DNA of 64,000 nt from a virus. Where the stretch lies: IMG/VR virus record IMGVR_UViG_3300031372_000005, positions 15,545 through 79,544 of that record. One strand, written 5' to 3'. The translations under genes were made by a program, and so were the position numbers. Positions 45,568 through 55,140 of the stretch are shown in pieces (position 1 is the first letter of the stretch; each line of letters starts with the position of its first letter). The notes beneath the pieces are model-generated. The model was not told where the DNA came from. It did no database searches and was given only the letters and a program-made list of their open reading frames with translations.

Positions 45568-46202
45568 AAGGCTTGCCCTTTAGGTTTGTTTTTACCTCTA
45601 TTCTTCAATTTAGGCGTTTTTAAAGCTTGTTCATAGGACATACCTAGTTTATATACTCTATGGCTTATCATTTGAATACTTTTTCCAAAAACTTCACACC
45701 ACTCGCTTAGGGTTTTAGTTTCACCATCAAGCTCTAAAACAATGTTAGTTCTCCTATTATTGGATTGTGTTTTCCTATCTGCCCAACGACAATTTTCTTT
45801 ATAGTAATCATCATTCACATCAATCCGGTCCAAAGACATTTCGTTTGAGGGGCGATAACCCATATCCTCTAAAAAGTTTTCAAAACCAAATTCTAGATTA
45901 TTCCAACGCTCTTTTACCTTAATTCCACGTCCACCGTAGTTTTTATATGCATGGTGCCAATCAAAATTACAACGTTTTCTCATAGACGACCAAGTTGTTT
46001 TACTAAGCCTATGTTTTGAAGACCCAATAGCTAGTAGTAATAAACAACCACAGGATTGGGTCTTTCCAAAATCACCAACTTTTATTGTCTTACACTGACC
46101 GCACTCACATGTACAATGAAGAAACCAGATATTATTAATATTCTCCTCAGAAACACATGTAAGTAAGTTTCTTGTCTCCCCTACTCTAGTTTTTCTTGCC
46201 AT
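45564..46202 (-). CDS. HNH homing endonuclease
   Basis: WFLHCTCECG...SCGC...WSSMRKRC...YGGRGIKV...SLDRIDVNDDYYKENCRWA...N. Confidence 0.88.
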   Translation of the reverse strand: MARKTRVGETRNLLTCVSEENINNIWFLHCTCECGQCKTIKVGDFGKTQSCGCLLLLAIGSSKHRLSKTTWSSMRKRCNFDWHHAYKNYGGRGIKVKERWNNLEFGFENFLEDMGYRPSNEMSLDRIDVNDDYYKENCRWADRKTQSNNRRTNIVLELDGETKTLSEWCEVFGKSIQMISHRVYKLGMSYEQALKTPKLKNRGKNKPKGQAL

Positions 46203-46435
46203 TGTTTAATCACCTCATCAATATAATACTGACCTTTTTCCAAATCTTCAAGACCATTTTTTAGCATAAACCGCAAAAAATATTGCATAGCTTCTTTGTA
46301 GCATGAGCTTTGAAAATGGCTGAAAGCCACATCACTTTTTTCGATACGATCTAGCAAAAGTTTCATCAGATCTTTTACTTCAAAACCATCAACAAGCATG
46401 TAATGTTTTGGTGAATTTACTACGTCATTTTCCAT
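46181..46435 (-). CDS. DUF3310-family protein
   Basis: DVVNSPKHY...KNGLEDLEKGQYYI. Confidence 0.8.
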   Translation of the reverse strand: MENDVVNSPKHYMLVDGFEVKDLMKLLLDRIEKSDVAFSHFQSSCYKEAMQYFLRFMLKNGLEDLEKGQYYIDEVIKQWQEKLE

Positions 46436-46495
46436 TTATACGTCCTCTATTAATTGAGTTCAGGCTAAAAATAATAGCATCCTTGCTTAATGCTG

Positions 46496-47419
46496 TCAAC
46501 TTGCAATGTTAGACAATAAACTGTCACGCTTTTCTTTAGGCAGCAAGTTTACACGAGAACGGCGTTGAACACCAGTAATTTTATTACGGTAGCGTTGATA
46601 CTTGCCGACATTGGAATAGTGGAAACCATCTTTCTCCCACACGTCCATGTCAAGAATCTCATCTACATACACATCAAAGTTGGGTAGGGTGTTGTCCCAA
46701 CTACTGAGCAGATCGTACAACTCTTCAAGGCTGAGTACATCATTCACATTATATAACTTCATCTCGGCCCAAGCTTCTGGGTTATTCTTCATACACTCGG
46801 CCCAGAGGTGGTGTCCTGCAAACTTACCGTGCTCAAGCTTCTTATGCGTAGTGCAGAGTTTATCTGTTAAGTAGGCCAAGCGGTTTGAGGTGAAACCAAA
46901 CTGAGCCTTGGCAATATTAAGTGTATCAATTTGACGGTAGGTGCTGGGTTTAGGGTAACCATTCAATACTAGACGGGCTGCAATTTTCTTGGTATCAAAC
47001 CTTTTGCTGTTTTGACCAACAACCACATCAGCTTCATTCAGCAACTTCCAGAGATTACCAAGAAGCTTACTGTCGTCTTCAAAATCGTCCGAGCCTTGAA
47101 GGTCTTCATAGATTACTTCATCAGACCCTTTCCATTTGCAGCAGTATGACAATATTGACCAGTCCTCTTGAATCTGATTGAGTCCAACATTCTGATCAAA
47201 CAGCCGCCAAACATGAGCAAGGATAGGCTTTGTCTCAATGTCGATAAAGAGAATCTTAGGGCCTTTAACATCAGGAGCGTGCAAATTTAAGTCTTGTTTT
47301 TTAACTTTACTAAATAGATCATTAATAGTAGATTTCCCCTTACCAAGCATCTTACCAATTGCTCGTGAGGAAAGCCCTTGTTCCTTCAATAGATATGCAT
47401 CATTATGCCAATCACTCAT
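46496..47419 (-). CDS. DnaQ/RNase H-like 3'-5' exonuclease with N-terminal HTH
   Basis: FIDIET, GQNSKRFD, YNVNDV (DEDDy pattern). Confidence 0.75.
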   Translation of the reverse strand: MSDWHNDAYLLKEQGLSSRAIGKMLGKGKSTINDLFSKVKKQDLNLHAPDVKGPKILFIDIETKPILAHVWRLFDQNVGLNQIQEDWSILSYCCKWKGSDEVIYEDLQGSDDFEDDSKLLGNLWKLLNEADVVVGQNSKRFDTKKIAARLVLNGYPKPSTYRQIDTLNIAKAQFGFTSNRLAYLTDKLCTTHKKLEHGKFAGHHLWAECMKNNPEAWAEMKLYNVNDVLSLEELYDLLSSWDNTLPNFDVYVDEILDMDVWEKDGFHYSNVGKYQRYRNKITGVQRRSRVNLLPKEKRDSLLSNIAS

Positions 47420-47643
47420 ACACTCTTCCCCAATTGTTTGCGCAAATCAATGATCATCTCATACATCGTATCAGACATGCTCAGCACTTCATCCATAATC
47501 ACTTGTTTCTTGTGTGCGTCGTACAGACTAAACTCCTGAGATATCTTTTCATTCTTACCTTTCCACCATTCTAAATCCATTGTAGACATGTTGGCAGATG
47601 TATTTGAGACAGCAGCTTTAGGAAACATAACTACATTAGTCAT
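47416..47643 (-). CDS. hypothetical protein
   Basis: ATG 47643 after GGGGA; overlaps next gene. Confidence 0.55.
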   Translation of the reverse strand: MTNVVMFPKAAVSNTSANMSTMDLEWWKGKNEKISQEFSLYDAHKKQVIMDEVLSMSDTMYEMIIDLRKQLGKSV

Positions 47644-47745
47644 CACAGCAATCCCCACTGTTTTAGTGCAACATAAAAGAACGTGTAGTATTGAGCAATA
47701 TGACCAAGCTCATAAGCGAGCTGAGTTGCTGTGTAAATGTAGATT

Positions 47746-48003
47746 TTATTTAGTGTCATCTTCAAATGCTGAAGCCTCATTATACTCTCCAATACGTTTC
47801 AGGTAGTCTTTATAAGATTCATTTGGCCATTGTAGAGGCTTATCGTCAAGGTAATCAATATCCCCACTTAATTTTACCATGGTAGGTTTGAAAAGAATAT
47901 TTTGATTGAGCTTAATATGTCCCACTTCCTCACGCAAAAGTTTTAGTTCCCTGTCCACTTCAATGAATTTTTGATAAAGTTGTGTAATATCAAAATCACT
48001 CAT
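47746..48003 (-). CDS. hypothetical protein
   Basis: Overlaps upstream gene stop. Confidence 0.6.
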   Translation of the reverse strand: MSDFDITQLYQKFIEVDRELKLLREEVGHIKLNQNILFKPTMVKLSGDIDYLDDKPLQWPNESYKDYLKRIGEYNEASAFEDDTK

Positions 48004-48532
48004 TCTTTAATACCTCGATTATTTGCAATCTGCGTTTAGCTTGGCTTGACTGTGGTACGATACCACGATCTTTTAACCACTGCAAGTCCTTTTTATCCTT
48101 CTGCAAAGCAATCGCTTTCTTTTCTCTGACAGATTCTTCAAAAGATAGACCCATCTTGTCAGCATGGCTTAAGGCTGAGTTGCACCCTTTACAGATTAGC
48201 CTAAGATCATCCTCAGTAACATACAGTAGACGCTCTACGAATCCTTGTATATCACTTGTCTTGCGAAGGCTACCGGCAGGGTTGATGTGGTCTACTTGGC
48301 CCTCAGAGAGTACGTATGTGCCTCCACATAGCTCACAGTCAAACCCAAACACTGTTGCTTTCTTCCCCTTGGGATTTGGGTTAGGGATTTGGTAGCGTTT
48401 CTTTTTAATCAGATTATGCTTCACTGGTGAATTGGACCAGGCCTTTCGTAAACATCCACGCAAGTATGTAAACCATGCAACAGAGTTCTTCCAGATTTCC
48501 GGGTGGGATAACCATGGTGATTTATCACTCAT
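47996..48532 (-). CDS. HNH endonuclease
   Basis: CELCGG...QVDHINPAG...LRLICKGCN...H. Confidence 0.75.
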   Translation of the reverse strand: MSDKSPWLSHPEIWKNSVAWFTYLRGCLRKAWSNSPVKHNLIKKKRYQIPNPNPKGKKATVFGFDCELCGGTYVLSEGQVDHINPAGSLRKTSDIQGFVERLLYVTEDDLRLICKGCNSALSHADKMGLSFEESVREKKAIALQKDKKDLQWLKDRGIVPQSSQAKRRLQIIEVLKNE

Positions 48533-48710
48533 CTTCAGTCCTAACCATGGCGTAAAGAGAGCGAACACAATCAGGACAAATTATAATGTTCATACCTCTG
48601 TTTGCAGATGAATACCAGAACACAGCTTTGTCTTCTTGTTTTGTTAGTTGACTATCACAAATTCTACACCAACAGTTTCGTTCAGCTAGTCGATAGATTG
48701 GCTCACTCAT
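48525..48710 (-). CDS. small Zn-finger protein
   Basis: CRIC...CPDC. Confidence 0.6.
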   Translation of the reverse strand: MSEPIYRLAERNCWCRICDSQLTKQEDKAVFWYSSANRGMNIIICPDCVRSLYAMVRTEDE

Positions 48711-49701
48711 ACTTCACCCCATATTCATCCATCATATCATAAGCATTAATCTGCTCACCGGCAATCTTCACCATATTCGCCATCATGAAACACTCATTCA
48801 GCACATAATCCCATGTGAGGGAGATTTCATCTCCACGCCAGCCTAAAACAGTCTTTTGCTCAGGATAAAGATATTGGAAAATACCCTTAAGCTTTTGCCA
48901 AGCCTCAGTGTCTGTCTTGCAATCTACAAGCGCTTTGTAGGCTGATTTATCACCCCACTTAGTGTTAGAAAAACAATTAGCTTTGTAATTGTCTGTATCA
49001 TCTTGACTAGCAACTTGGAAAAGGAGAAAGATTCTACCCTCACCTCTCACTTTACTCTTGGTATCTAAAAATAGATGTCCAAACTTATCACAATTAACAA
49101 TACCGCGTTCTTGCTGGTTCCGGTCCCACACGTTGATTGGACATCCCCAGAAATCTTTATCTTCAATCATTGCAAAGTTTGAAGGTTTCTTGTAGCACTC
49201 CATCACAACAGCATCATCACACTCAATCTCTGTGACAACTTCTGCCTTAAACTTCTTTTCAAGATAATCTGTCACTTCAGCAAGAGCGAGCGGTTTTAGC
49301 AAATGTTCTCTGTCTTTGTACTTAAGGAGCGTAGAAAGTTCAACACGAAAGCTTTCTCCTTTCCCTAGGAATGCTTTATATTTCTTAGCACCACTTGCAG
49401 CTAAATCTTTTTCAACCATAAGCTTTGCAGTGTGAAGAATATTTTCAATTGGTTCTGGACGCTGAATATCATTGTAGCTGAACTCATCCCATAAAAAAGG
49501 ACTTGTACGCCCTTCGTTAATTACAGCAAGAGCACCACCTTCTTTCTTACGCCAATCTCCATAAAATTCAGTACGTGTTTTATACTCCTTTTCTCTACCG
49601 GAGGCTTTATGTGTAACTAGGACCGAACGTTTCTCACCGGCTGCTGCTGCATGATATTTATAGAGGTCTAGGTCAAGAACTCCTGTTGTTGGTGTTTTCA
49701 T
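48703..49701 (-). CDS. 5'-3' exonuclease (T7 gp6/FEN-like)
   Basis: LDLD, FRVEL...YK, ECDD, EDKD, DDTDNY motifs. Confidence 0.8.
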   Translation of the reverse strand: MKTPTTGVLDLDLYKYHAAAAGEKRSVLVTHKASGREKEYKTRTEFYGDWRKKEGGALAVINEGRTSPFLWDEFSYNDIQRPEPIENILHTAKLMVEKDLAASGAKKYKAFLGKGESFRVELSTLLKYKDREHLLKPLALAEVTDYLEKKFKAEVVTEIECDDAVVMECYKKPSNFAMIEDKDFWGCPINVWDRNQQERGIVNCDKFGHLFLDTKSKVRGEGRIFLLFQVASQDDTDNYKANCFSNTKWGDKSAYKALVDCKTDTEAWQKLKGIFQYLYPEQKTVLGWRGDEISLTWDYVLNECFMMANMVKIAGEQINAYDMMDEYGVKYE

Positions 49702-49711
49702 TATCACCTCT

Positions 49712-49734
49712 TAAAAGAAAGCCCCTTTCGGGGC
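49712..49734 (-). terminator. intrinsic terminator
   Basis: GCCCC-GAAA-GGGGC-TTTCTTTT on - strand. Confidence 0.8.
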
Positions 49735-49741
49735 AATCAAA

Positions 49742-49993
49742 TCACTTAGAATACATATCCTGCAATTCTTGCAGTTTATTTAATTCTTCAGCTTTACCTT
49801 TAAGATCGTCCTGTTTGACTTTCGCCTTAGCTGCTTTCATCAGATCACTAACTTCTTCTTTAGGGAAGCCATCAAAATTGTATTCTTTTTCGTAAGTGAA
49901 CTCAGACTTCAATTCTTTCAAGTCTTCTTGCAGAACCAAAATTTCTTGCTCAAGTTGATAAGCGCGGTCGAATAGTGCTTGTTTCTCTTTCAT
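49742..49993 (-). CDS. small helical DNA-binding protein (T4 DsbA/GapR-like)
   Basis: LEQEILVLQEDLKELKSE...GF pattern and 83-aa size; resemblance by eye only. Confidence 0.45.
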   Translation of the reverse strand: MKEKQALFDRAYQLEQEILVLQEDLKELKSEFTYEKEYNFDGFPKEEVSDLMKAAKAKVKQDDLKGKAEELNKLQELQDMYSK

Positions 49994-50502
49994 GTTAAGT
50001 TCTCCACTTCATTTTGTTTGTCGGGATCACGTCCCAGTTCATTTAAGCGTTTATGTTCTTTACCATGACAACTTGTACAGAGCCAGATAACGTCAAGCCA
50101 GTGTTCAGGTAAGTAAGACCAGTGATGACCTTGGATTTTCTTTTCAGAAGTTCCGCAGTGTTCGCAAGCATCTAATTTAGTTATTTTACCGTCCCTAACA
50201 GCGTTCTTACATGTCCATTGTGCTTTACGTTTATCTTGATTTCTATCTGCCCAAGCTTTCTTTGTATCTTGAATTTTTTGCCTGAATTCAGGATCTTCTG
50301 AATAACCTTTATTTATACGTTCTATATTTTTCTGATTTCGTTCTGCCTGATTAGGCCGATTACGATCATACTCCATATAGTACTCTTTATTTTCTTCCCT
50401 GTTCTGACTTACAGCAAGTTTCACACATTCCTTGCATTTAGACTTGTTGCTTGTATAGAAAAGAGAAGGGTCTTTTTCAAGACCACAACTCTTACACTTC
50501 AT
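49990..50502 (-). CDS. HNH-type endonuclease with Zn ribbons
   Basis: CKSC...CKEC; CEHC...GHH...WLCTSCHGKEH. Confidence 0.75.
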   Translation of the reverse strand: MKCKSCGLEKDPSLFYTSNKSKCKECVKLAVSQNREENKEYYMEYDRNRPNQAERNQKNIERINKGYSEDPEFRQKIQDTKKAWADRNQDKRKAQWTCKNAVRDGKITKLDACEHCGTSEKKIQGHHWSYLPEHWLDVIWLCTSCHGKEHKRLNELGRDPDKQNEVENLT

Positions 50503-50510
50503 ATACTACC

Positions 50511-51221
50511 TCAGAAAGGAATATTTTCATCAAAGCTGTCAAAGTCTTGTGCTGGTTGTGGAGAAGCTTTAGCTTTTGTTTTAGCTACTGGAGTTGGAAC
50601 TTCTTCTTTCTCCTCAACAGGCTTAGCTTCGACCTTTTTCACTTTGTAGCTACCCAACACATCATCAACTACTTCGTCAGAAGAGCCCTTACCCTCATAA
50701 GGGACGTGTTCAACCACTTGAACAGTATCCAAAGTAACAGTCAGTTGCCCTTCCGGGTTACGGTAGCCAAACAGCTTCAGAGTACAGACAGAGCCATTAC
50801 CAATGTCTTGTGTGAACGCTTGACCTTCTTTGTCAATTACATTCACAGTCATGGCATTGCCCTTTTTCGAGAACTCAGGCTTAGCCAGACCAAAACCATA
50901 CATACCCTCTACAACATCGTAGTTGGTCTTACCTTCCTCAACTTGCGAAGACAAAGGGTATTTCACCCGACGTGGCGGCTTGGTTGTCTTGTCCTTACCT
51001 ACAAGAGCAAAGCCTTTATTCAACATGACCTCATCCAGCAATTTATCCTTAGTCGCCTCGTCAACAAACGCTGTCAGGCTGAACTCCTTATCTGTGCTTT
51101 GGTACTTTGTCTTTGGAGTATGTACAGCAGCGTAGAACACAGGGGCATTCAGTACATAAACGTTGAAGGTTTCCAGAGTGCCGGACTTAGGAAGCTGCTT
51201 TACAATTACAGAAGTAGTCAT
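50511..51221 (-). CDS. single-stranded DNA-binding protein (T7 gp2.5-like)
   Basis: IGNGSVC motif; acidic tail ending DFDSFDENIPF. Confidence 0.75.
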   Translation of the reverse strand: MTTSVIVKQLPKSGTLETFNVYVLNAPVFYAAVHTPKTKYQSTDKEFSLTAFVDEATKDKLLDEVMLNKGFALVGKDKTTKPPRRVKYPLSSQVEEGKTNYDVVEGMYGFGLAKPEFSKKGNAMTVNVIDKEGQAFTQDIGNGSVCTLKLFGYRNPEGQLTVTLDTVQVVEHVPYEGKGSSDEVVDDVLGSYKVKKVEAKPVEEKEEVPTPVAKTKAKASPQPAQDFDSFDENIPF

Positions 51222-51355
51222 TTAATTTTCTCTATTAAGTTGTGTATAAAGTTCAGTCACAATATTTGTTGAGACTATTTGTTGCAGGCATTATTGCCTA
51301 TTCGTTTTTAGCGAATTCTTCAAGGACAAAGATAATACACTATCCATATCCAATG

Positions 51356-51598
51356 TCAATGCTTTGTTTCTTTCTTCTTAACAGCAGCGTCCATAATACT
51401 TGCAATATTATCCTTCAAAGGATCTTCATCGAAATCTTCTGGAACACTGACGTTAAAAATATTACTGATATTGTTCACAAGAGCTTGTTGTTTATCGCTT
51501 TCCCACTTCTGAAAATCCTCAAACGATGAAAACTCGTAAGTGGTTGTGTACGACATTTCACCAAGAAGCTCTGTTGATGTAACTTTGACTGAAGGCAT
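51356..51598 (-). CDS. hypothetical protein
   Basis: TAATG coupling to upstream ORF. Confidence 0.6.
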   Translation of the reverse strand: MPSVKVTSTELLGEMSYTTTYEFSSFEDFQKWESDKQQALVNNISNIFNVSVPEDFDEDPLKDNIASIMDAAVKKKETKH

Positions 51599-51777
51599 TA
51601 TCGCACCTGCTGTGTATAGACATGCTGATAACGTGATTGAAGAATAATAGCATCTTCACCAACTTCTTTCCATCCACGCTTCTCAGTGCGTGCTGATTCT
51701 CGGTCAGAGAAGATGTTATAGACTTTGCCAGTTTCACGGTTCATTACGGTGTAAGTGAGTTTTACATTCTTGCTCAT
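51598..51777 (-). CDS. hypothetical protein, 59 aa (not in ORF track)
   Basis: GGAG RBS; MSKNVKLTYTVMNRETGKVYNIFSDRESARTEKRGW... Confidence 0.7.
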   Translation of the reverse strand: MSKNVKLTYTVMNRETGKVYNIFSDRESARTEKRGWKEVGEDAIILQSRYQHVYTQQVR

Positions 51778-51792
51778 TATTGTTTCTCCAGG

Positions 51793-51993
51793 TTATTTAA
51801 AGTTTTTGATACGATCTTTTAGGGCAAAGCTATACTGCTGCATACAATGACGCTGATAGATTAGACGACCACATTCATCAGGATCATTTACAATTTCATC
51901 AAATTTATCTGATGAAATAAAAGTATGAAGTTTATCTAGCTTTTCTTCAAGCTCAAATAGTTCGTCTACAACTCGTTGTTGATGCGGCTGCAT
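51793..51993 (-). CDS. small helical phage protein
   Basis: HQQRVVDE..EL.EKL.KL..FI...Q...M..Y...L..RI pattern; GAGGAG RBS. Confidence 0.7.
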   Translation of the reverse strand: MQPHQQRVVDELFELEEKLDKLHTFISSDKFDEIVNDPDECGRLIYQRHCMQQYSFALKDRIKNFK

Positions 51994-52049
51994 TTCATTC
52001 TCTCCTCAGTTTATTTCAGTGTGTAGTATTGCATGATTGGGGTGGGGCG

Positions 52050-52985
52050 TCAAGTGGTTTCTCGGATTTCTTTAGTAGCTTGTGCCCATGATGCTCCACG
52101 TTTAATCGCTGAAACTTGACTTTGAATCAGGTCAAATTTAGCAGCAATTTCTTTCTGTGTCAACACGCCTTCGTGAGCTAAAATGTAAATTTCTACAGCT
52201 TGTTCTTCTGTGATTACGGCATTCTTGAAATTCGAGCCGGTGGCTTTAAAGCTAATACCGTTGGCAATACCATCTAATCTCTCTTTCACAAGAATTAAAG
52301 TTTCATCCTCAGCAGGGTCTGTTTTATTGGGTCGATCACCATAAATAATTTCAGAGGCATCATCATAAGCTTTGGCTGCAATTTCCTCAGTCAAATAACT
52401 TCCAAGATAAACATTTCTACCGTCGCGTTTAATTCTAGCGCCAATACTATCACACTTATTGTCTACACGTACACCTAGATATTTATTATTTGACCCTTTA
52501 GACTTACGTTGATTATGATTTTGAAGATTTGCTGGTGCCCATCGGCAATTCTCTTTTGAGTAACCAATCTCGTTATCAATACGATCAAGAGTTAAATGAG
52601 CCTCATATGTTTCTTTCATATCTTCCCAGAAAGATTCAAAGAAAGTCCATGATTCTTCATAACCAATACCCCGACCACCATATTCAGGATACCATTTATG
52701 CTTGACGTTATCGCACCGGGTTTTCATATCTGCCCAAGTCTGGTACTGACGTGTATTGTGCATACCATGAGTACTGATCCGCTCAAGATTATAACACCCA
52801 CACGACTTAGTATTGCCATTTTTCATCGCCGCAAGAACATAAATACCTATTTTCCCACATTCACAAGTGGCTTCTACTTGTCTCTTTCGTCCACTGGCGA
52901 ATACCTTATGGGGTGCTTCTCCAGTAATTGTTAAACGATTAAATTTCTGTCCAATAATACTATTCTGAATCTGAGACTCTTTCAC
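52050..52985 (-). CDS. HNH homing endonuclease with AP2 domain
   Basis: CECG...SCGC...WADMKTRC...YGGRGI...LDRIDN..GYSKENCRWA; YLGV...YLGSY..EEIAAKAYD. Confidence 0.88.
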   Translation of the reverse strand: MKESQIQNSIIGQKFNRLTITGEAPHKVFASGRKRQVEATCECGKIGIYVLAAMKNGNTKSCGCYNLERISTHGMHNTRQYQTWADMKTRCDNVKHKWYPEYGGRGIGYEESWTFFESFWEDMKETYEAHLTLDRIDNEIGYSKENCRWAPANLQNHNQRKSKGSNNKYLGVRVDNKCDSIGARIKRDGRNVYLGSYLTEEIAAKAYDDASEIIYGDRPNKTDPAEDETLILVKERLDGIANGISFKATGSNFKNAVITEEQAVEIYILAHEGVLTQKEIAAKFDLIQSQVSAIKRGASWAQATKEIRETT

Positions 52986-55140
52986 AATTCTTACCTTGTT
53001 TGTCAGTTACATCCTCCGAAACAGCTTCAATAAGTTTAGCTGCCTGATTAATGTAATATTTATAGTCAACTCCCCAAGAGAAGTCATTAATGTTGTTGCA
53101 CGTTTTTACATTCCAGTCTGCATCAATACCTAATCTGCGAATGTCTCCACCCTCAACCAGTGGTGGCATAAGCTTAATTAATTTACCACCTTCTTTGGCT
53201 GGATAATACCGGCAGATATTCTGCTGTGGTACATCCTCACCATCCTCCACAATTACCAAACTACTACTTCTCGGGACTTTCGTTCTTAGCATAAAGTCAA
53301 ACTTATTCTCATGCAGACGAATAAATTCTTCATGATCAACACCATCAACCAGCTGAGCTTTCACAGCCATTGGAATAACCATAGCTGAATGATTTTTATG
53401 CCATCCAAGCTTATCAAAGTCCATGTATTCATAGGCTCCTTTAAGCTTGATCTTACCCGACTCTGTAATGCTGATGTAATTATTCACATCACGGATAAAC
53501 ATTTTACTGTAAGAATCGCCTTCCATTTGAAGCTTGGTCAAATCCTCCCACCACTTTACCCATTTATCAGCCTCATCAAACTTATCAACATCAACAATGT
53601 ACTCAAAGCCGTCCGTGTTGCACATAATAATGCGAGCATTGCATTTGTCAATCAACTTTTCCATGAGCATACACAAAGATAGCTGCCCACCAATTGTGAT
53701 TGCCATTGTATAGGCTGGATCAAGCAAGGGGCTGAACTCATTGTTGCTATCACCATATACGCCGTTCAACGCAAGCTTTAGAGCGGCGTTTGCTGCTGAG
53801 CCTTTAGGTGTTGCCTTACGCTGCTCATACAGATCAGAATACACCTTACAGAACGTTTTACCCAAATGCTTAGGGTATATCTCATTAGCAATTGCCATGT
53901 TCGGGTAATAACTGGCAACGTCGAGCGTTCGTATTTTTCGAGTATCAGTGCTTCGAATGGTTCCCTGTGTTGCTCCATGAATACCACCCACACCATAGTC
54001 ATAACGAAAACCATTAATCAAGACATTCAGCGTCTCAGCTACATTCCAACACCAATAATAACTCTTGGCTCCTTTCGGACTTTTAAGTTCTTTTTCTTCA
54101 AGCCATCCCAAAGGTTGTTCTTTACGGCGTTCCGCAATTACAGCTTCAGAAGGTACATATCGCTTATTCTTTTTATCAATAGGATCAGAGAGTTTCTTTT
54201 TCTTTACAACCATTTCAGCATAATTAGCTACATCTCCAAGTTGATGTTCCATCAAATCACTGAATACTCCTTTAGTCTCGGTGATGACTTGAGTCTGAAA
54301 CCACTTATGTACAGCTTGAAACTCAGGGCGATCAAACTTGATATAAGGGAACAGACAATCATTAATGATGATTTTATCACGCTTAGTCTGGCGTACTTCA
54401 CGACCATACTCAGTTTTTAGGTAACAGCTTCCCGGCGCTTCTTTTTCAAGAGTACGGATAAATAGCTCTTTGCCAATTTTTGTGTCGTTAAAATTGGTGC
54501 AATCAAAACCAAACTGTTCAGTCAAATCAGCACGAAGCTTTAGGTTTTCATAAGAATACCAATAGAACTTAAGTGTCTCCATGACATCATGTTTGTTGTA
54601 TTTGATCAAATTATCTTTTTCAGCATCAGACAAAGTAGCACCTACTGGATAAGGTAGGTCTTCAATGTTGCTTGAACGCATATTATATTCAAGCATCTTC
54701 AAAGATGTTGAGCGAGCCTTGTTATCAAAGTGGTGAATCTTGAACAAATCCACTTGTGGGATAATCACATCCTTTTCTTTGATAGCAGACCCAAACTTAT
54801 TATCCTTGTTTGAGTTGATAGTTTTCTGCGCTACATCAAACAACTCTTTGGCTGTGATCTTAAGCTTCTTATCTATACCATGAACCTTACGAGCCTTCTG
54901 CAAGATATGGTGAATGACAGGATAGTCAAAGTTTAGATTGTTAAATCCTACAAGTTTATGGCCCGAGGATTTAACTTTTCGAAGAAACTCTAACAATTCC
55001 TCAACTTCGTTCTTTCTGTCACTGATCTCAAAAGCTCGCATCCCCTTACCATTTGAGTAGACGACAGCGAATGTGAATGTATTTGGAAAAGTCTCAATAT
55101 CAAAGCACCACATTCCTTCAAACCACTTCTTCTCTTGCAT
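52960..55140 (-). CDS. DNA polymerase, family B
   Basis: Exo motifs FDIET and GFNNLNFDY; pol motifs DVASYYP, KLALNGVYG, CNTDG. Confidence 0.9.
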   Translation of the reverse strand: MQEKKWFEGMWCFDIETFPNTFTFAVVYSNGKGMRAFEISDRKNEVEELLEFLRKVKSSGHKLVGFNNLNFDYPVIHHILQKARKVHGIDKKLKITAKELFDVAQKTINSNKDNKFGSAIKEKDVIIPQVDLFKIHHFDNKARSTSLKMLEYNMRSSNIEDLPYPVGATLSDAEKDNLIKYNKHDVMETLKFYWYSYENLKLRADLTEQFGFDCTNFNDTKIGKELFIRTLEKEAPGSCYLKTEYGREVRQTKRDKIIINDCLFPYIKFDRPEFQAVHKWFQTQVITETKGVFSDLMEHQLGDVANYAEMVVKKKKLSDPIDKKNKRYVPSEAVIAERRKEQPLGWLEEKELKSPKGAKSYYWCWNVAETLNVLINGFRYDYGVGGIHGATQGTIRSTDTRKIRTLDVASYYPNMAIANEIYPKHLGKTFCKVYSDLYEQRKATPKGSAANAALKLALNGVYGDSNNEFSPLLDPAYTMAITIGGQLSLCMLMEKLIDKCNARIIMCNTDGFEYIVDVDKFDEADKWVKWWEDLTKLQMEGDSYSKMFIRDVNNYISITESGKIKLKGAYEYMDFDKLGWHKNHSAMVIPMAVKAQLVDGVDHEEFIRLHENKFDFMLRTKVPRSSSLVIVEDGEDVPQQNICRYYPAKEGGKLIKLMPPLVEGGDIRRLGIDADWNVKTCNNINDFSWGVDYKYYINQAAKLIEAVSEDVTDKQGKNCERVSDSE

